A DNA stretch of 64,000 nt from Octopus sinensis (Eukaryota), in contig NC_043009.1 in NCBI RefSeq assembly GCF_006345805.1, positions 17,422,001-17,486,000 on the forward strand, written 5' to 3'. This document shows positions 1 through 12,968 of this stretch, piece after piece. The notes beneath the pieces were generated by a model. It was not told where the DNA came from. It saw only the letters and a program-made list of their open reading frames with translations, and did no database searches. Numbering within the stretch: the first letter of the stretch is position 1; every line of letters begins with the position of its first letter. A program made the position numbers and the translations under genes.

Positions 1-956
1 GGGAACGAGAGATTCAAGGTATTTGAAAATGTGGCTGTAAACAAAGCATGCACAGCACTGAATTAGATGCAAAAAATGAAAGCAAATACAGAGGCAGTTC
101 TGCTTACATAACCATCATGGTTGTAGAGTAGAAGAAAGAAGTATTCCTCGAAGTGGCTAAATATTCTTTGGGAAAAAATTCACATTCTCACATTGAATTC
201 ACTTATACAGATCTTTTCAAATGGTTTGTCATTCACAGTCATTGATATATATGATGCAAATATTAAAATATTGCACTCAGATATATTGTAATAATGTCAT
301 CAGATATTAGGGTATATCAAATAATTGGCTTTACTTGGATTCATATTAAAAGATAATTCAAATTGTTACAGAAACACCACTGCAATATCTTTAGTCTCAG
401 AGAAGATAGGATTTCCGAAGTAGGCACAAAACCAGGTATCTATAGGATTGGTGAAATTATGTGATTTTTATATTCAGAAATGGTCTGTTAAAAGATGTGT
501 GGGAAGAGAAATTGCAATCAAAACTGTTTTGCATACTTGATTCGCTGTGAACATGCAATAATTCCAGTTAATTGATGTAACTCTGTTTGTATGCGATTAT
601 ATTGAACAATTTCATTTAACATCCTGAACCACAACAAAACACTGCAGGAGGGAGACTTTTATAAAGTTATTCAACACACTAGAAATAACAAGTAAATCTC
701 CCTCAAATCACAACTTACCATTTAATAAAAAAATAAATAAATGAGATATTGAATAATGAATGCATTCCTAAATAAACTATACCCAAATATGGAATCGTTA
801 TGGCTTGAAAATATTTAATCATAGATTTGCTTAATCAGAGTTGACATAAGATGAAGCAATAACAACCATAATTTCTTCAGATAAAGAAAGGCTTGCAAGA
901 AAGAAGACTGAGAAGCAGAGTTGATAGAAGAACAAAAAAAGAATCGAGTTCCTTAC

Positions 957-1085
957 CATTACAAGAATGTGGATTCCTGCTATCTACATATCCAGCTACT
1001 GAACAGTTACATCTGTAAGATCCTGGAATGTTGATACAGCGCCCAGGACATGGCGTATTCTTTAAAGTTACACATTCATCAATGT
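957..1085 (-). CDS. Internal exon encoding one calcium-binding EGF-like domain (fibrillin/fibulin/LTBP/EGF-repeat protein type)
   Basis: Translates (D)IDECVTLKNTPCPGRCINIPGSYRCNCSVAGYVDSRNPHSCN, with the DIDEC motif, six Cys and the C-x-N-x-x-G-S-Y-x-C consensus. Acceptor ttttttcacag, donor gtaagg, 129 bp, phase 1-1, as is typical of cbEGF exons. Confidence 0.93.
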
Positions 1086-2529
1086 CTGTGAAAAAAATAA
1101 AATGACAATGAAGAATTATTTTGGAGACAAACCAAGTATCTTTCATAAATCAAACAATAAAGCATGCCTCATGCAAATAATCCCCATTATTATCAACATC
1201 ATTTGCAGAAGCAATAAGCATAGCAACAGTAGTAGCCTCAGTTCAGTCTCTTTTACATGCTGATTCAAAATGGATAGATTTACCAGAGAGATATCCTTCA
1301 GCTATTCCTTCCTGTCTTGGTTTCATATCTCTGCTGCTGAAATAGTTTTTATTGAACAAATTATCACCATTATTACATGGTGCAGTGGAATCGATTCAAT
1401 GATACAATGAAGCATCTAGTCTGGTGCTTCATATTTCATCAGTCAAGTCCACTGGGAGTTAAAATTGTCTTGTATTTCTTCAGGATCAGTGAGTTGAGTA
1501 GCAAGGAGGAACTGAAGACAATTCAGTTAATTAAAATATTTTTCTTCCCAAAAACCATCTTATTTCAAAGCATAAAAACAAATCTTTTGTTATTAGTAGT
1601 TTTGTTATTTTCTTGTTTTATTAAGAAATGTCTAGCAGCATTTCTTCTCTTTATTTCACATTCTGAATTTCAATACTGCAGAGGTGAATTTCCCTCTCAT
1701 CTTCTCAGGATCAATAAAATAAAGAACGAATGAAGTTGATGGCATTAACTAACCTCCTTCTGCAAATTTCAGGACTGATGCCTATGTTAGAAATAATTAT
1801 TATTACAAGGGTATTAGCTGGCAGAATTGTTTCAGTGTGAAGAAAAATGCCTTGCAGTTCAGGCTGTAGTTGACACAGCTTTTATCCTTCTAGAGTCAAT
1901 AAAATAGAGTACCAGTCAAATACTGGGGCTGATGGGTTTGACTACCCCCTCCCCCCACTTAAAACTGCTAGCCTAAATTAAAAACTATTATCACTGATGC
2001 TGTTGCTGTTAACATTATTATTTCTGGTAGAGGTACCAGGGTGCATAGCTGGTTCAGGACAAACTCTACAGAAAAAGCAGCCCAGTCAGCCAGGTCTGAT
2101 TGAAATATGAACAAGGTGCCAGGACATTGCACATGCGTTGTTCAGTCACCAAATATTTCTAACTTGTGAAGTTATGTTAAACAGCTTTTTTGTTCCATGT
2201 AGGACAGATCTGGATATCAGCCAAGTCTACCATGAAGATAGTCTCACTGTTTTTGCAATGAGGAAGAGTAGGTAGTTTTCCTTTGTCTGGTGACTATGAC
2301 AGGAAAAGTTAAGATGACCATTTTCTTCAGCCAAGCCCTTATTACTGAGAGAGAAAGGTAAAAGATGAAAGGGAAGAGTTGTTTTCCTTTGAATTTGCAG
2401 AAAAATGGATGTTTCAGAGTATATGAGATTTCTTTATTGATTCTAGTTTCAGAGTAGCCCAGGATTTATTTAAGAGACATCGATTGCTTAACGATGGTTA
2501 TCCTATTTTGGGGACCAGAATCATTACAG

Positions 2530-3085
2530 AGTTGGAAAAAATGCCATGCAATGCTTCTGCCTCTTCACATTCTTAGTTCAATATTTTCTTTCATTTTGTC
2601 TGTCTTTAAATTCTGAGTTCAAATTCTTCAGGGGTTCACTTTGCCTTTCATTCTTTTGGAGTTGATAAATAAGTACCAGTTGAGTACTAGGGTCAATGTT
2701 ATTCACTTACTTCATTCCTGAAATTGTTGGTCTTGTACCAAAGTTTGAAACCCTTATTAAAAAGCTATTTAAGCTTTGACAGTCATAAGTGTCCTGCTCA
2801 AAAACACAACACAAAGCTACAGGATATGCACAACCCAGTGTACAATATTTTATGTGCTTAAAAACTGAGTCCTTCAATAATATTGATTGCAAATTTTGGC
2901 ATGAGCCAGCAACTTCAGGAAGTGGATAAGCTGATTACATCATCCCCAATGTTCAACTGGTACTTATCCAAAAAGATGAAAGGCAAAGTTGACCTTGATA
3001 GAATTGGAACCCAAAACATAAAGACAGATGAAATGCCGCTAAGCATCTTGCTTGGAATACGAATGATTTTGCCTGCTCACCACCT
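2530..3085. mobile_element. Two oppositely oriented copies of tRNA-derived SINE family A
   Basis: Contains gagttcaaat...gcctttcat...aagtaccagttgagtact...ccaaagtttgaaacc on + (2530-2755) and its reverse complement (2885-3085). Confidence 0.75.
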
Positions 3086-3274
3086 ATCAATAATATTGAT
3101 AATTTATTCCATTTGGGTGGGAAAAGAAACAACCAACATAATACAGGTATTTTTATAAAACCTGATGCAAATAATGTTACATCCAACAATTTGAAATGGG
3201 TAAACACTGAATTAGGTACCATTGATTTATTTCATTTTTCTATACAAGAAACTATTGAGCTATATACCTTTTTA

Positions 3275-3665
3275 CCTCTTTTACTATTTTCCTTGTTTTA
3301 GTCATTAGATTGCCGTCATGCTGGGGCACCACTTTAAGGAATCTTAGTAGAATAAATTGACCCTGGTACTTATTCTTTTTTATTTTTCCTTAAGCATGTT
3401 GCTTATTCTACTAATCCCTTTTGCCAAACCACTAAGTCACAGAAGTGTAAACACCAGTTGTCAAGCAGTGGTGGTGAACAGCCATAGTCACACACACACA
3501 CATGTGCAACAGGCTTCTTTAAGTTTCCATCAACCAAATCCACTTCCAAGGCTTTGGTCAGCCTGAAGCTATAATAGAAAACACTTGAACAAGGTGCTAT
3601 GCTGTGGGACTGAACCTGGATCCCTGTGGTTGTGAAGCAAACATCATACCACACAGCTACATCTG
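3275..3665 (-). mobile_element. tRNA-derived SINE family B
   Basis: Reverse complement of the 5887-6275 copy, with head ggttcagtcccac, an internal TG repeat and tail cagcatg...aagtaaaag. Confidence 0.8.
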
Positions 3666-3812
3666 CATATGAGAAAAAAAAACAATAATTTGTGATCTCC
3701 AGGGTTTTTTGAAAGACCCCAGTAGCAAAAGAAAGATTTGCCACAAAGAATTAAAACCTGCTCAGAAATCTGTTTGCTAACAACCAGCCACATCCCCTGC
3801 TCCAGTCAAAAC

Positions 3813-3970
3813 CAGTAGAGTAACTAGTGGGGTGGAGGTGAAGGGAACAGCCTGCCCTAGGTGGTGTTTTTTTATGGAGTGGCACTTTTAGATCTTTTGT
3901 AGAAGCTTATATAGGCGCAGAGAGTAGGGTGTTGCTGCCCCAGGCAGCACGCACTCTAGCTACACCACTG
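3813..3970. mobile_element. hAT-type MITE (158 bp)
   Basis: Imperfect 15-bp TIRs cagtagagtaactag / ctagctacaccactg, flanked by an 8-bp TSD gtcaaaac / atcaaaac. Confidence 0.7.
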
Positions 3971-4034
3971 ATCAAAACAATTGATATATATATATATGTA
4001 GTTTTATACGTAAGTTTATAGAAGAATATTTATT

Positions 4035-4231
4035 TCAAATTTTGGTTCCAGGCCAGCAATTTCAGGGAAGGAGATAGGTTGATTACGTTGACCCCAGTGA
4101 CCAACTGGGGTCAACGTTAGCAACCTGAAAGGAAGATGATCTTGGAAGAATTTGAACTTAGAACAATGACAGGTGAAATACCACTAAGCAGCTAGTGATT
4201 CTGCCAGCTCATCACCTTAATAATAATGATG

Positions 4232-4279
<48 letters not shown>

Positions 4280-4410
4280 GCTTCAAATTTTAGCCCAAAG
4301 CTAGCAATTTTAGTGGGAGGGGCTAAGTCAACATCAACCCCAGTGCTCAACTGGCACTTATCTTATCAACCCTAAAAGGTGAAGTTGAGCCCAGTGGTAT
4401 TTGAACTCAA
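4035..4410 (-). mobile_element. Two SINE family A copies separated by (AAT)n
   Basis: Family A motifs in reverse complement; (aat)n at about 4219-4279. Confidence 0.7.
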
Positions 4411-4900
4411 TCATCATCATCATCATCATCATTTAGCGTCCGTTTTCCATGCTAGCATGGGTTGGACGGTTCAACTGGGGTCGGGGAGCCCGAAGGCTGC
4501 ACCAGGCCAGTCAGATATCAGGCAGTGTTTCTACAGCTGGATGCCCTTCCTAACGCCAACCACTCCGAGAGTGTAGTGGGTGATTTATGTGCCACCGACA
4601 CAGGTGCCAGACGAGGCTGGCGAACGGCCACGCTCGGATGGTGTTTTTTATGTGCCACCAACACAGGTGCCAGACGAGGCTGGCAGACGGCCACGCTCGG
4701 AGTGTTTTTATGTGCCACCGACACAGGTGCCAGATGAGGCTGGTGAACGGCCACGATCGGATGGTGTTTATTACGTGCCCACAGCACGGAGGCCAGTCGA
4801 TGCGGTACTGGCTACGGCCACGTTCGGATGGTTTTCTTGTGTGCCACCGGCACTGGTACCACAAAGATACAAATTCCATTGATGTTCATCTATTTTGATT
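4411..4900 (-). mobile_element. SINE-like element with Meta-type central motif, RTE-like (GAT)n tail and internal 60-66 bp tandem repeat
   Basis: The minus strand has ggttggcgttaggaagggcatccagctgtagaaac and tail catgctagcatggaaaacggacgctaaatgatgatgat. Three close and two degenerate repeat units lie at 4584-4860. Confidence 0.7.
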
Positions 4901-5886
4901 TGTTTTGATTTGATTTTTGATTTTGGGTATTTAATGATAATAATTCTTTCTGCCATAGTACAATGAAAGGAAAAGTTGACCTTGGTGGCCTTTGAAGTCA
5001 GAATGTAAAGACGGATGAAATGCTGCTAAACATTTTGTCCAGTGTGGTAACAATTCTGCCGGCTTGTTACCCTTCTTTAACACAATACCATTTGTCTCTA
5101 ACCTCAAATCTGATTTTTATTCAGCCTCCCATCCACCCTTCATAATTTCAAATAGCTATCAATTATCTTGCACAGATGTTGAATGATTAAGTAAGTATAT
5201 TATGTCAATTTAATTAAATGCTAATTACTTTATGATTATTCCTCAGAATTTTTTTGTTTTTTTTTTCTACACCCTTACAAAGCTCTATATGTTTGTTTAA
5301 ATTTATTCAATTTTTTTTCCCATTATCTCTCTGAAGGACCTCTGGGATTTTAATATTTTAATTAATGACCTTTTAGTAAACTGATTAATATTTTGTTCCT
5401 ATATTCAAATTTGAATTTTTAAAGAAACACTAATAGACTGGCAATAAGAAAAACAAATTATATAGTGATTTGTTCAGACTTGTCAGTACCAATTTTTTTT
5501 TTTGAAGGTTAGGAAAATAGAGTTGATTGAAATGACTGTAGTATATTACTGGTACTTATTCTGTTGTATCCAGAAAAAAAGGAAAAAGTAATGTTGATTC
5601 AAATAGGATTTGAACACAGTAATCTATAACTCGCATTCTGCAGAAACACCTTATATATTATGTCGTCATTTCTGGAGAGGCTGTTGTACGATTGCATGGC
5701 GTACAAGAAACAGTAATTAAACATGCTTCAAATCAAATCCTGCGACCTTTTGAAAATGGACACACTGGATAGTAGAGTCCAAGATACATTGCAACTATAT
5801 AACATGTAGGATGATCAAGCTTAAGTGCCTTTAATCATAAGTCTTCTTGATCAGAAATATTTGGGGTTTAAATAAGTTTCCCACCT

Positions 5887-6275
5887 GTGTGGTAAGTAGC
5901 TTGTTTACCAACCACATGGTTCCAGGTTCAGTCCCACTGCGTGGCACCTTGGGCAAGTGTCTTCTACTATAGCCTCGGGCTGACCAAAGCCTTGTGAGTG
6001 GATTTGGTAGACGGAAACTGAAAGAAGCCCGTCGTATATATATGTATATATATATGTATGCATGTGTGTGTTTGTCCCCCTAGCATTGCTTGACAACCGA
6101 TGCTAGTGTGTTTATGTCCCCGTTACCTAGCGGTTCAGCAAAAGAGACCGATAGAATAAGTACTGGGCTTACAAAAGAATAAGTCCCGGGGTCGAGCTGC
6201 TTGATTAAAGGCGATGCTCCAGCATGGCCGCAGTCAAATGACTGAAACAAGTAAAAGAGTAAAAGAGTAAAGAGT
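5887..6275 (+). mobile_element. tRNA-derived SINE family B, near full length
   Basis: A-box-like gtgtggtaag, B-box-like ggttcagtccc, internal TA/TG microsatellite and (agtaaaag)n tail. Further copies lie at ~16262-16660, 20385-20600(-), 32855-33310, 36870-37205(-), 40806-41195, 50055-50205 and 55482-55900. Confidence 0.85.
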
Positions 6276-6870
6276 ATTAGTTTGAATGGAAGTAGTCAAG
6301 TATGATTATCATAGGCCAGGGTGGGTGTGTTGGGGAGGAGTACACCCCCAAATTTTTTTTTGGGGGGGGGGAGCTTGCAATGCAAACCCTGAACATCCTG
6401 TGTTGAATCCCCTTAGCAAATCTCATTCCTGTGCTTCCAAAGATTATTTTAAATTTCTTTCTTTTCTGGTTGGAAAGACTTCATTTATAGCAGGCTCTTT
6501 AGAAAAGAATGAACATCATTAAATCTCATTTGCTTTTCTCTACAGATTTACTTTTATAAAAGGATACTAATTTTTAATTCCATTAGCAGAGAAATAAAAT
6601 TTATGTTTGATGACTAAGTGCCCACTGTCCATTTTGTCTAATTGAGAAGTGACATTAAATTGAGTCACAAAGTGGTTTAGAACTTGTTGCATTTGCTTCA
6701 AAATGTCTTCTGAGTTCTTAATTAGAATATTACAAATAACAACTGTAAGTCAGAGAGGCAGGAGGAAAACAAGCAATAAAGATACTGTTATTATCATTAT
6801 TGAAACAAAAATAATGTTTGATTCAACCAAAAATATTATTATTGTTGTTGTTATAACTATTATAGTAGTT

Positions 6871-6883
6871 ACCATCATCATCC

Positions 6884-6925
<42 letters not shown>

Positions 6926-6990
6926 CCACTACCACCACCACCACCATCATCACCATCATCACCACTATCATTATCATCAGTATTAACATT
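6871..6990. repeat. (CAT)n/(CAC)n trinucleotide microsatellite
   Basis: Seen directly in the sequence. Confidence 0.95.
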
Positions 6991-7181
6991 ATTATAGTAT
7001 ACTTGTAATGTAACTTAGTCTACATGACACAAGAACAGTGAGTTACCCTCCCCCCACACACACTATACATCACATTATCCTATTAATGTTTAAAATGAAG
7101 TTAACAGTTTAAAACATCTTAGATAAATTAAAAAGATTGTTGATGTCACAAAGCTGAAAACAATTGAAAATATTTTATGTT

Positions 7182-7228
7182 TTATATATATATATATATA
7201 TAAATGTATATATATATATGTATGTATG

Positions 7229-7260
<32 letters not shown>

Positions 7261-7350
7261 TGTATGTATGTATGTATGTATGTATGTATGTATGTATGTA
7301 TGTACGTACGTATGTATATATGTATATATACATATATGTACATATATATC
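7182..7350. repeat. (TA)n/(TATG)n microsatellite
   Basis: Seen directly in the sequence. Confidence 0.95.
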
Positions 7351-8489
7351 CTTTCTTTCTCCTTCAAATTTTCCAAAATAATGTTTCACAGGTTAGACTA
7401 GAATTGAAGTATTGAAAAATTGGTTACTATCTTTACGATTGTCTCGATATTTTTACATTCTGCTATTGAATTTAGTTTGCTTGAAATTCGAACTGCCTTC
7501 TATCGGTGAATTAATCTGTTCTTCTTAATAAGTTTGATGGAAGCAAGCCAGGAAACATAAAAAGACTTTGAAATGAGAATAAATTAAATATTTAAAACAA
7601 ATTTTTAAAAAGTTAAAAAAAAAAAATCCAAAACCAAAGAGATTAGAATCATAGAATATGGTTTTGTTGTCTGTATCAGTATTTTCTATTGAACAATTTC
7701 TAAGCTATGAAAATATATCAAATTGTTGTATATATTAAGCTACAACATTAAGCAGAGTCTATTCAGTAGCCTCACAGATTGAAACTAATACAAACACTCT
7801 ATATGAATAAAGAAAAAGACAAAAACAACAGCAACAATAACCATATTTTTCAGAAATACCATACACTTGGTTGCTAAGATATATTTAGTGAAAAGCTGCT
7901 TCTCCTCAGATTTTAGTGATTTCTGGAACAAGATGCTTTTGGTAACAAGTGTATTTGAATTCTAAATTGAGAAATTTCCTTTTGTTTTGCTTTTTTCCCC
8001 CCAATTATTTTGCAATTCTTCAGGATGAGCAGTTTAAAATAAAATTTGAAAAGTACTTTTATTTCACATAACTTGCTTCCTAAATCACTTTTATTAACAG
8101 GATTGCACTGTTTCTTAGTTGTCAATTTGAGGCGTTAGAAGCAGTTGTTGCTCTGCTGAGTGATAGATCTAATCAGTGGCCCAATTTAGTAACACCATTT
8201 GACCCTCATGTACTTTCCTCATAGTTACGAGTGCTTGTGTGCATTTATCAGAGTTTACTCTGTTGCAAGTGTTTAGACCAAGTCTTCAGTCTGAAGATAA
8301 CTTGATACTTAGTGTACTGCTTCCTAATGTAGTAGTTCATGTCATACTTTCTTCAGGATTACATTTCACTTACCCACAAGCAAAAAAAAAAAAAAAGAAG
8401 AAATTCATAAAACTGCTGTAGCGAGTATTTAAAATGAATGAGTAAAATCAAAGTAGCAGAGGATATGAAACTAAATTCACCAGCAGCAC

Positions 8490-9190
8490 ATAGTAGTATG
8501 ATGCTATATAACAGAATATATTGACAATATATAGTGGTATGGTGTTCTACAATAGAATACATTGACATATGTTGGTCTGGTACTATATAACACAATGTAT
8601 TGGTTTCAAATTCAGGGCAGGGCTAAGTTGATTATATCAACCTCCAGTACTCAACTGGTACTTATTTTATCGACCTTGAAATGTTGAAAGGTAAAATCAA
8701 CCTCAGAGGAACTCAGAACATAAAGAGAGACGAAATGCCACCAAGCATTTTGCCCAGCATGCTAACAGTTCTGCCAGCTCACCACCTTATAACAACCTGT
8801 ATAACAGGATATATTGGTAACATATAGGGATATTTAGTTACACAACAGAATGCATTGATATATGTTGGTCTGCTACTATATAACACAATATATTAACAAC
8901 ATACTGTGCTATATTTCTATATAACAGAATGTATTGATGAAATATAATATCGGTCCCAGCATGGCAGCAGTCAATGACTGAAACAGGTAAAAGATGAAAG
9001 GTATGGAGCCATACAACCATTCATTGGCAAGCACTGCTATGGTGCTATATAACAAAATGTATTGACAACATATCAACATACAGCAGTATGGTGTTATATA
9101 ACAGGACACATTGTCAACATACAGTAACCAGGTGTTAAATAACTGAATTTATTGACAACATATAGTAATATAGTGCTATCGTGCTATACA
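8490..9190. repeat. Degenerate ~40-bp minisatellite interrupted by SINE insertions
   Basis: Recurrent unit of approximately gtatggtgctatataacagaatgtattgacaacatata, roughly a dozen copies. A SINE A copy is inserted at ~8600-8788 and a SINE B tail at ~8955-9000. Confidence 0.7.
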
Positions 9191-9420
9191 GGCTGTCCAT
9201 AAATTACCTTTATAATTTCAAAAGTTCAGACAAAAAACAAAATGAAATAAGGATAACTTAGCAGGTTGCATGCAACCAATGGAATCCACATTGAAGTGTT
9301 CTGATGTTCCTAATAAAACTGTTTGTTTGCCTATGCTTTCCGATAAACTCTGCTGAGTTATCCATTTTCCTTCTTTTTCTTAGAATTTTTCAAATTGTAA
9401 CAATAATTTATGGACATGCA
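9189..9420. mobile_element. Probable Tc1/mariner-type MITE relic
   Basis: Begins TA-caggctgtccataaatta and ends taatttatggacatgcaat-ATA, giving a 13-bp inverted core. Confidence 0.45.
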
Positions 9421-9437
9421 ATATAACTGAATTCATA

Positions 9438-9720
9438 AAGGCACATGGCTCAGTGGTTAGAGTGTCAAGCTTACAATCGTGAGGTTGTGAGTTTGATTTG
9501 CAAACCAGACTTTATTTCACTTTGCTCCAATTCACTCAGCCGTAGAAATGAATTGCCAAGATGTATCAGCCTTTGCCTTTCCCTTGAACAACATCACTGG
9601 TGTGAAGAGGGGAGACTGGTATGCACGGGCAATTGCTGGTCTTCCATGAAAAACCTTGCCTTGAAGGGGAACTTTCTAGGTGCAATCCTATTGTCATTCA
9701 TGACCAGAGGGAGTCTTTAC
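9438..9720 (+). mobile_element. tRNA-derived SINE family D (degenerate)
   Basis: Head tggctcagtggttagagtgtcaagcttacaatcgtgaggttgtgagtttgat; homologous to the copy at 24946-25281. Confidence 0.75.
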
Positions 9721-10187
9721 CCCTCATGTAATTCAATTCATTGACAACTTATAAATAATATGGTGTTATTTTCTTTGAATTTAGGTTCAAACTTCAACCT
9801 TAATTTTTGTTGCAACTAGTTTTATTTATAACACTTTCAGAAAGCACACATAAATATCACAGCATGGAATTTCTTCTCTCTGTAAATTCTGAGGCTTTAT
9901 TGTTGTTGTTCTTGTTATCAATATTATAATTATTATCATTATTTTAACTATTAATATTAATGTTATAAGCTCATGTAGTGAGAAATTTTTTCTGATTGCC
10001 CCTTCAAAGCATGTTTCACTTCAAGTATTACCAAATGAAACTTTCTTTGAAATACTTGTGAAAAGAACTGCATTTTGCCCAAGGAAGAAAACAACAGGAA
10101 AAAAAAGCTTGCCTTAAAAAAATTGACATTATGCAATATTGTTACTGCTGTTGTTGTTATCTTCTTTCTTTTTCTTCTTCTTCTACT

Positions 10188-10226
<39 letters not shown>

Positions 10227-10317
10227 CCTTGTAGTGTAAAGACATCTTTTTTATTCTTCCTTCAAAATAATTTTTATTTCAAGCCATTACTGGACAAAAT
10301 TTTCCATTGAGTATTTA

Positions 10318-10550
10318 TAAAAAAAAACTTTATGTGCCTAAATAGGGGTTGCTCTAGATACCCAGAGTGGACACCAGACGAAAACAAAAAGTGGTTTGTT
10401 TCACCAACGTAAACTTTATTTGCACAAATTACACTTTTCCAGGCCAAATGGCAACTAACTGTTATTATGCCACATGACAAAATTTGACAATGGCTAAAAC
10501 AACACAAAATCAAAATACATCACTGAATATAGAAGAGGAAGAAAAGCATG
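10318..10550 (+). repeat. Dispersed repeat shared with 41260-41500, probably a LINE 5' end
   Basis: Both loci share tgcctaaataggggttgc...agtggacacc...caaattaca...aaatggc...attatgccaca...acaatggctaaaa. The LINE assignment is inference. Confidence 0.55.
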
Positions 10551-10778
10551 AACAATTGAGAGCTGAAATATCCTGAATACTCAAATTTGGAAGACGGCAA
10601 CAACAACAAGAACAATGGTAGCTCTTATACAATTTCAAATATTATGGTTTGTTCATGTGGACCTTGCCTTTCATCCTTTCATGGGTCGATAAAATAAGTA
10701 CCAGTTGAGCACTGGGGTCAATTTAATTGACTTGGCTCCTTCACTTCAAATTGCTGGCCTGCTGCCAAAATTTGAAAC

Positions 10779-10819
<41 letters not shown>

Positions 10820-10853
10820 TATTATTATCATTATTATTGTTATTATTATTATT

Positions 10854-11410
10854 GAGTGAGAGAGCAGTTCATGCCATCAAAGTGACACTGGGGTAAAATA
10901 TACAAAGCCCAATATACCCATCATGACTACCCGTCTGATAAGGGTACACCAGGCAGATGCATCACAACCATATGTGCGCGACATGGTGATCTCATATCAA
11001 GATAAACAGCACATGACCTTGCAGGTGGGGACCAGTTAGAATTTCCTTCAGGTTGAGTAGCCCATCCCACTCAAACGGTCCGTGAATAAGGGTTGTTTAA
11101 GGATGTTGAAAGAACCACCCATGTTTCCAGAGGTGAATTATTCAAACCCCAAAGAATCCCTCTCAACACATGGCTATGATGCTCCCCCACTACTTCTGCT
11201 CGTGATCAGAGATGCACATATCATCAGCCACTAAGGGACATGCTCAACTGGTTAAGGTCAAACAATTGACAAGCAAATCTGTGGTATTGAGCAGAATATT
11301 TGCTGTAGCCCATCTTTTATACCAAGACAAAACAATGTACATGATAACACTTCCAATCAGTTAAGATCAGAAGCCATGAGAGCCACTGCCTGGTACTGCA
11401 TCAGGGCATT
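10854..11410 (-). mobile_element. ~560-bp non-coding repeat inserted in a (TAA)n tract; partial second copy at 46010-46136
   Basis: Flanked on both sides by (att)n. Its end is present in reverse complement at 46010-46136, also next to (aat)n. Confidence 0.7.
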
Positions 11411-11441
11411 TATTATTATTATTATCAATATCATTATTAAT

Positions 11442-11655
11442 AAGGCGTCAAACTGGCAGAATCGTTAGCATGCTGGGCAAAATGCTTAGCAGCATTTCGT
11501 CCATCTTTACATTCTGAGTTCAAACTTTGCTGAGATCTACTTTGCCTTTCATCCTTTCAGGGTTGACAAAATAAGTACCAGTCAAGCAATAGGGTTGATG
11601 TAATCAATGCACCCTTTCCCCAAAATTGTCAGCCTTGTACCAAAATTTAAAACCA
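11442..11655 (+). mobile_element. SINE family A, full length
   Basis: ggcagaatcgttagc...ctgagttcaaac...gcctttcatcctttc...aagtaccag...ccaaaatttaaaacc. Further copies lie at ~10655-10780, 25375-25555, 32160-32375(-), 37417-37825, 45296-45420(-), 46488-46625(-), 48150-48495, 48780-48972 and 49186-49310. Confidence 0.85.
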
Positions 11656-12070
11656 TTATTATTAATATCAATTTTTTCTCAACGAATCCCTTCTGTGACT
11701 CTATCAGTTAGCCTTTGTCTTTATTGTTAAACTGTCAATGGTGAGGAACAACTAACTATCTATCCCTGCGTGATCCCTTTTACAAAATGGACAGTGAATC
11801 TATTACTTAAGATCCTGAGTAACTAAGTCAGCAGTAAAGTCAGAACAATTCTAGCTCACCCCCATAAAACAATGCAGTTTGGCCAGAGTTGATGTAATTT
11901 ATTGTGACATTATTGCTGAAATCATAATGTAATGTTATGCCAGTTTGATTTTGTGTAAAGTCGGTGGTTATTCTAAATCTTAATCAACATTGTCATTATC
12001 AACATCATAACATTATGTGTGAATTAGTAAATAGCCTGTATATTAAACTGATCATTATTTAGATATTATA

Positions 12071-12530
12071 AGGCAGAGAGCTGGCAGAATCATTAGCTGG
12101 ACAAAATGCTTAACGGTATTTTGCCCATAAGGCAGCGAGCTGGCAGAAGCGTTAGCATGCCGGGCAAAATGTGTAGCCGTATTTCGTCTGCCGTTACGTT
12201 TTGAGTTCAAATTCCGCCAAGGTCGATTTTGCCTTTCATCCTTTCGGGATCAATTAAATAACTACCAGTTATGCACTGGGGTCGATGTAATCGACTTAAT
12301 CCGTTTGTCTGTTCTTGTTTGTCCTCTCTGTGTTTAGCCCCATGTGGGTAGTAAAGACATAGGTATTTTGCCCATTGCTACATTTTGAGTTCAAGTTCTG
12401 CTGGGGTCAATTTTACCTTTCATCTTTTCAGGATCAATAAAAAAAAGTACCAGTTGACCCCTGGAGTCAATGTAATCAACTTACCCCTCTCCCTGAAACT
12501 GCTGGCCTTGCACCAAAATTTGAAACCATT
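12071..12530 (+). mobile_element. Nested SINE A (younger copy at ~12129-12361 inserted into an older copy)
   Basis: The older head is interrupted at ggtattttgcccat, and the same sequence recurs at 12362 as a TSD before the older body resumes. Confidence 0.8.
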
Positions 12531-12878
12531 ATTTAGATTTGGTTCGCCAGACCTCAGTCAAATCGTCCAACCCATGCTAGTATGGAAAGCGGATGTTAAA
12601 TGATGATGATGATGATGATCACTATATTCCTATATTATAAATGATATAATTGTTTTACCTGTTATAAGACTCTATCTAGTTAAGGAGAAATGGGATGTTG
12701 TGATGTTCAAGCTTTTTCTACATACAGTAATGGCATGAGCTTTCTACTGAGAATCATAATCACTTAATAGACCACAACTCATTAGCAGCGAACCCGCCTC
12801 TTCTCTATCTCTCTCATATAGCATGAACAATAGACCATCACAGTCAAATATGAAAATTAAGGCTGCTTTATTTCCTGC

Positions 12879-12880
<2 letters not shown>

Positions 12881-12934
<54 letters not shown>

Positions 12935-12937
12935 CGT

Positions 12938-12968
<31 letters not shown>

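Noticed and set aside
4578-4862. CRISPR array or HDV-like ribozyme (ccagcctcgtctggc resembles HDV P3/L3)
   Set aside because: The units are contiguous with no unique spacers or cas genes, in a eukaryotic context. No P1 partner or P2/P4 arrangement could be built for an HDV fold.
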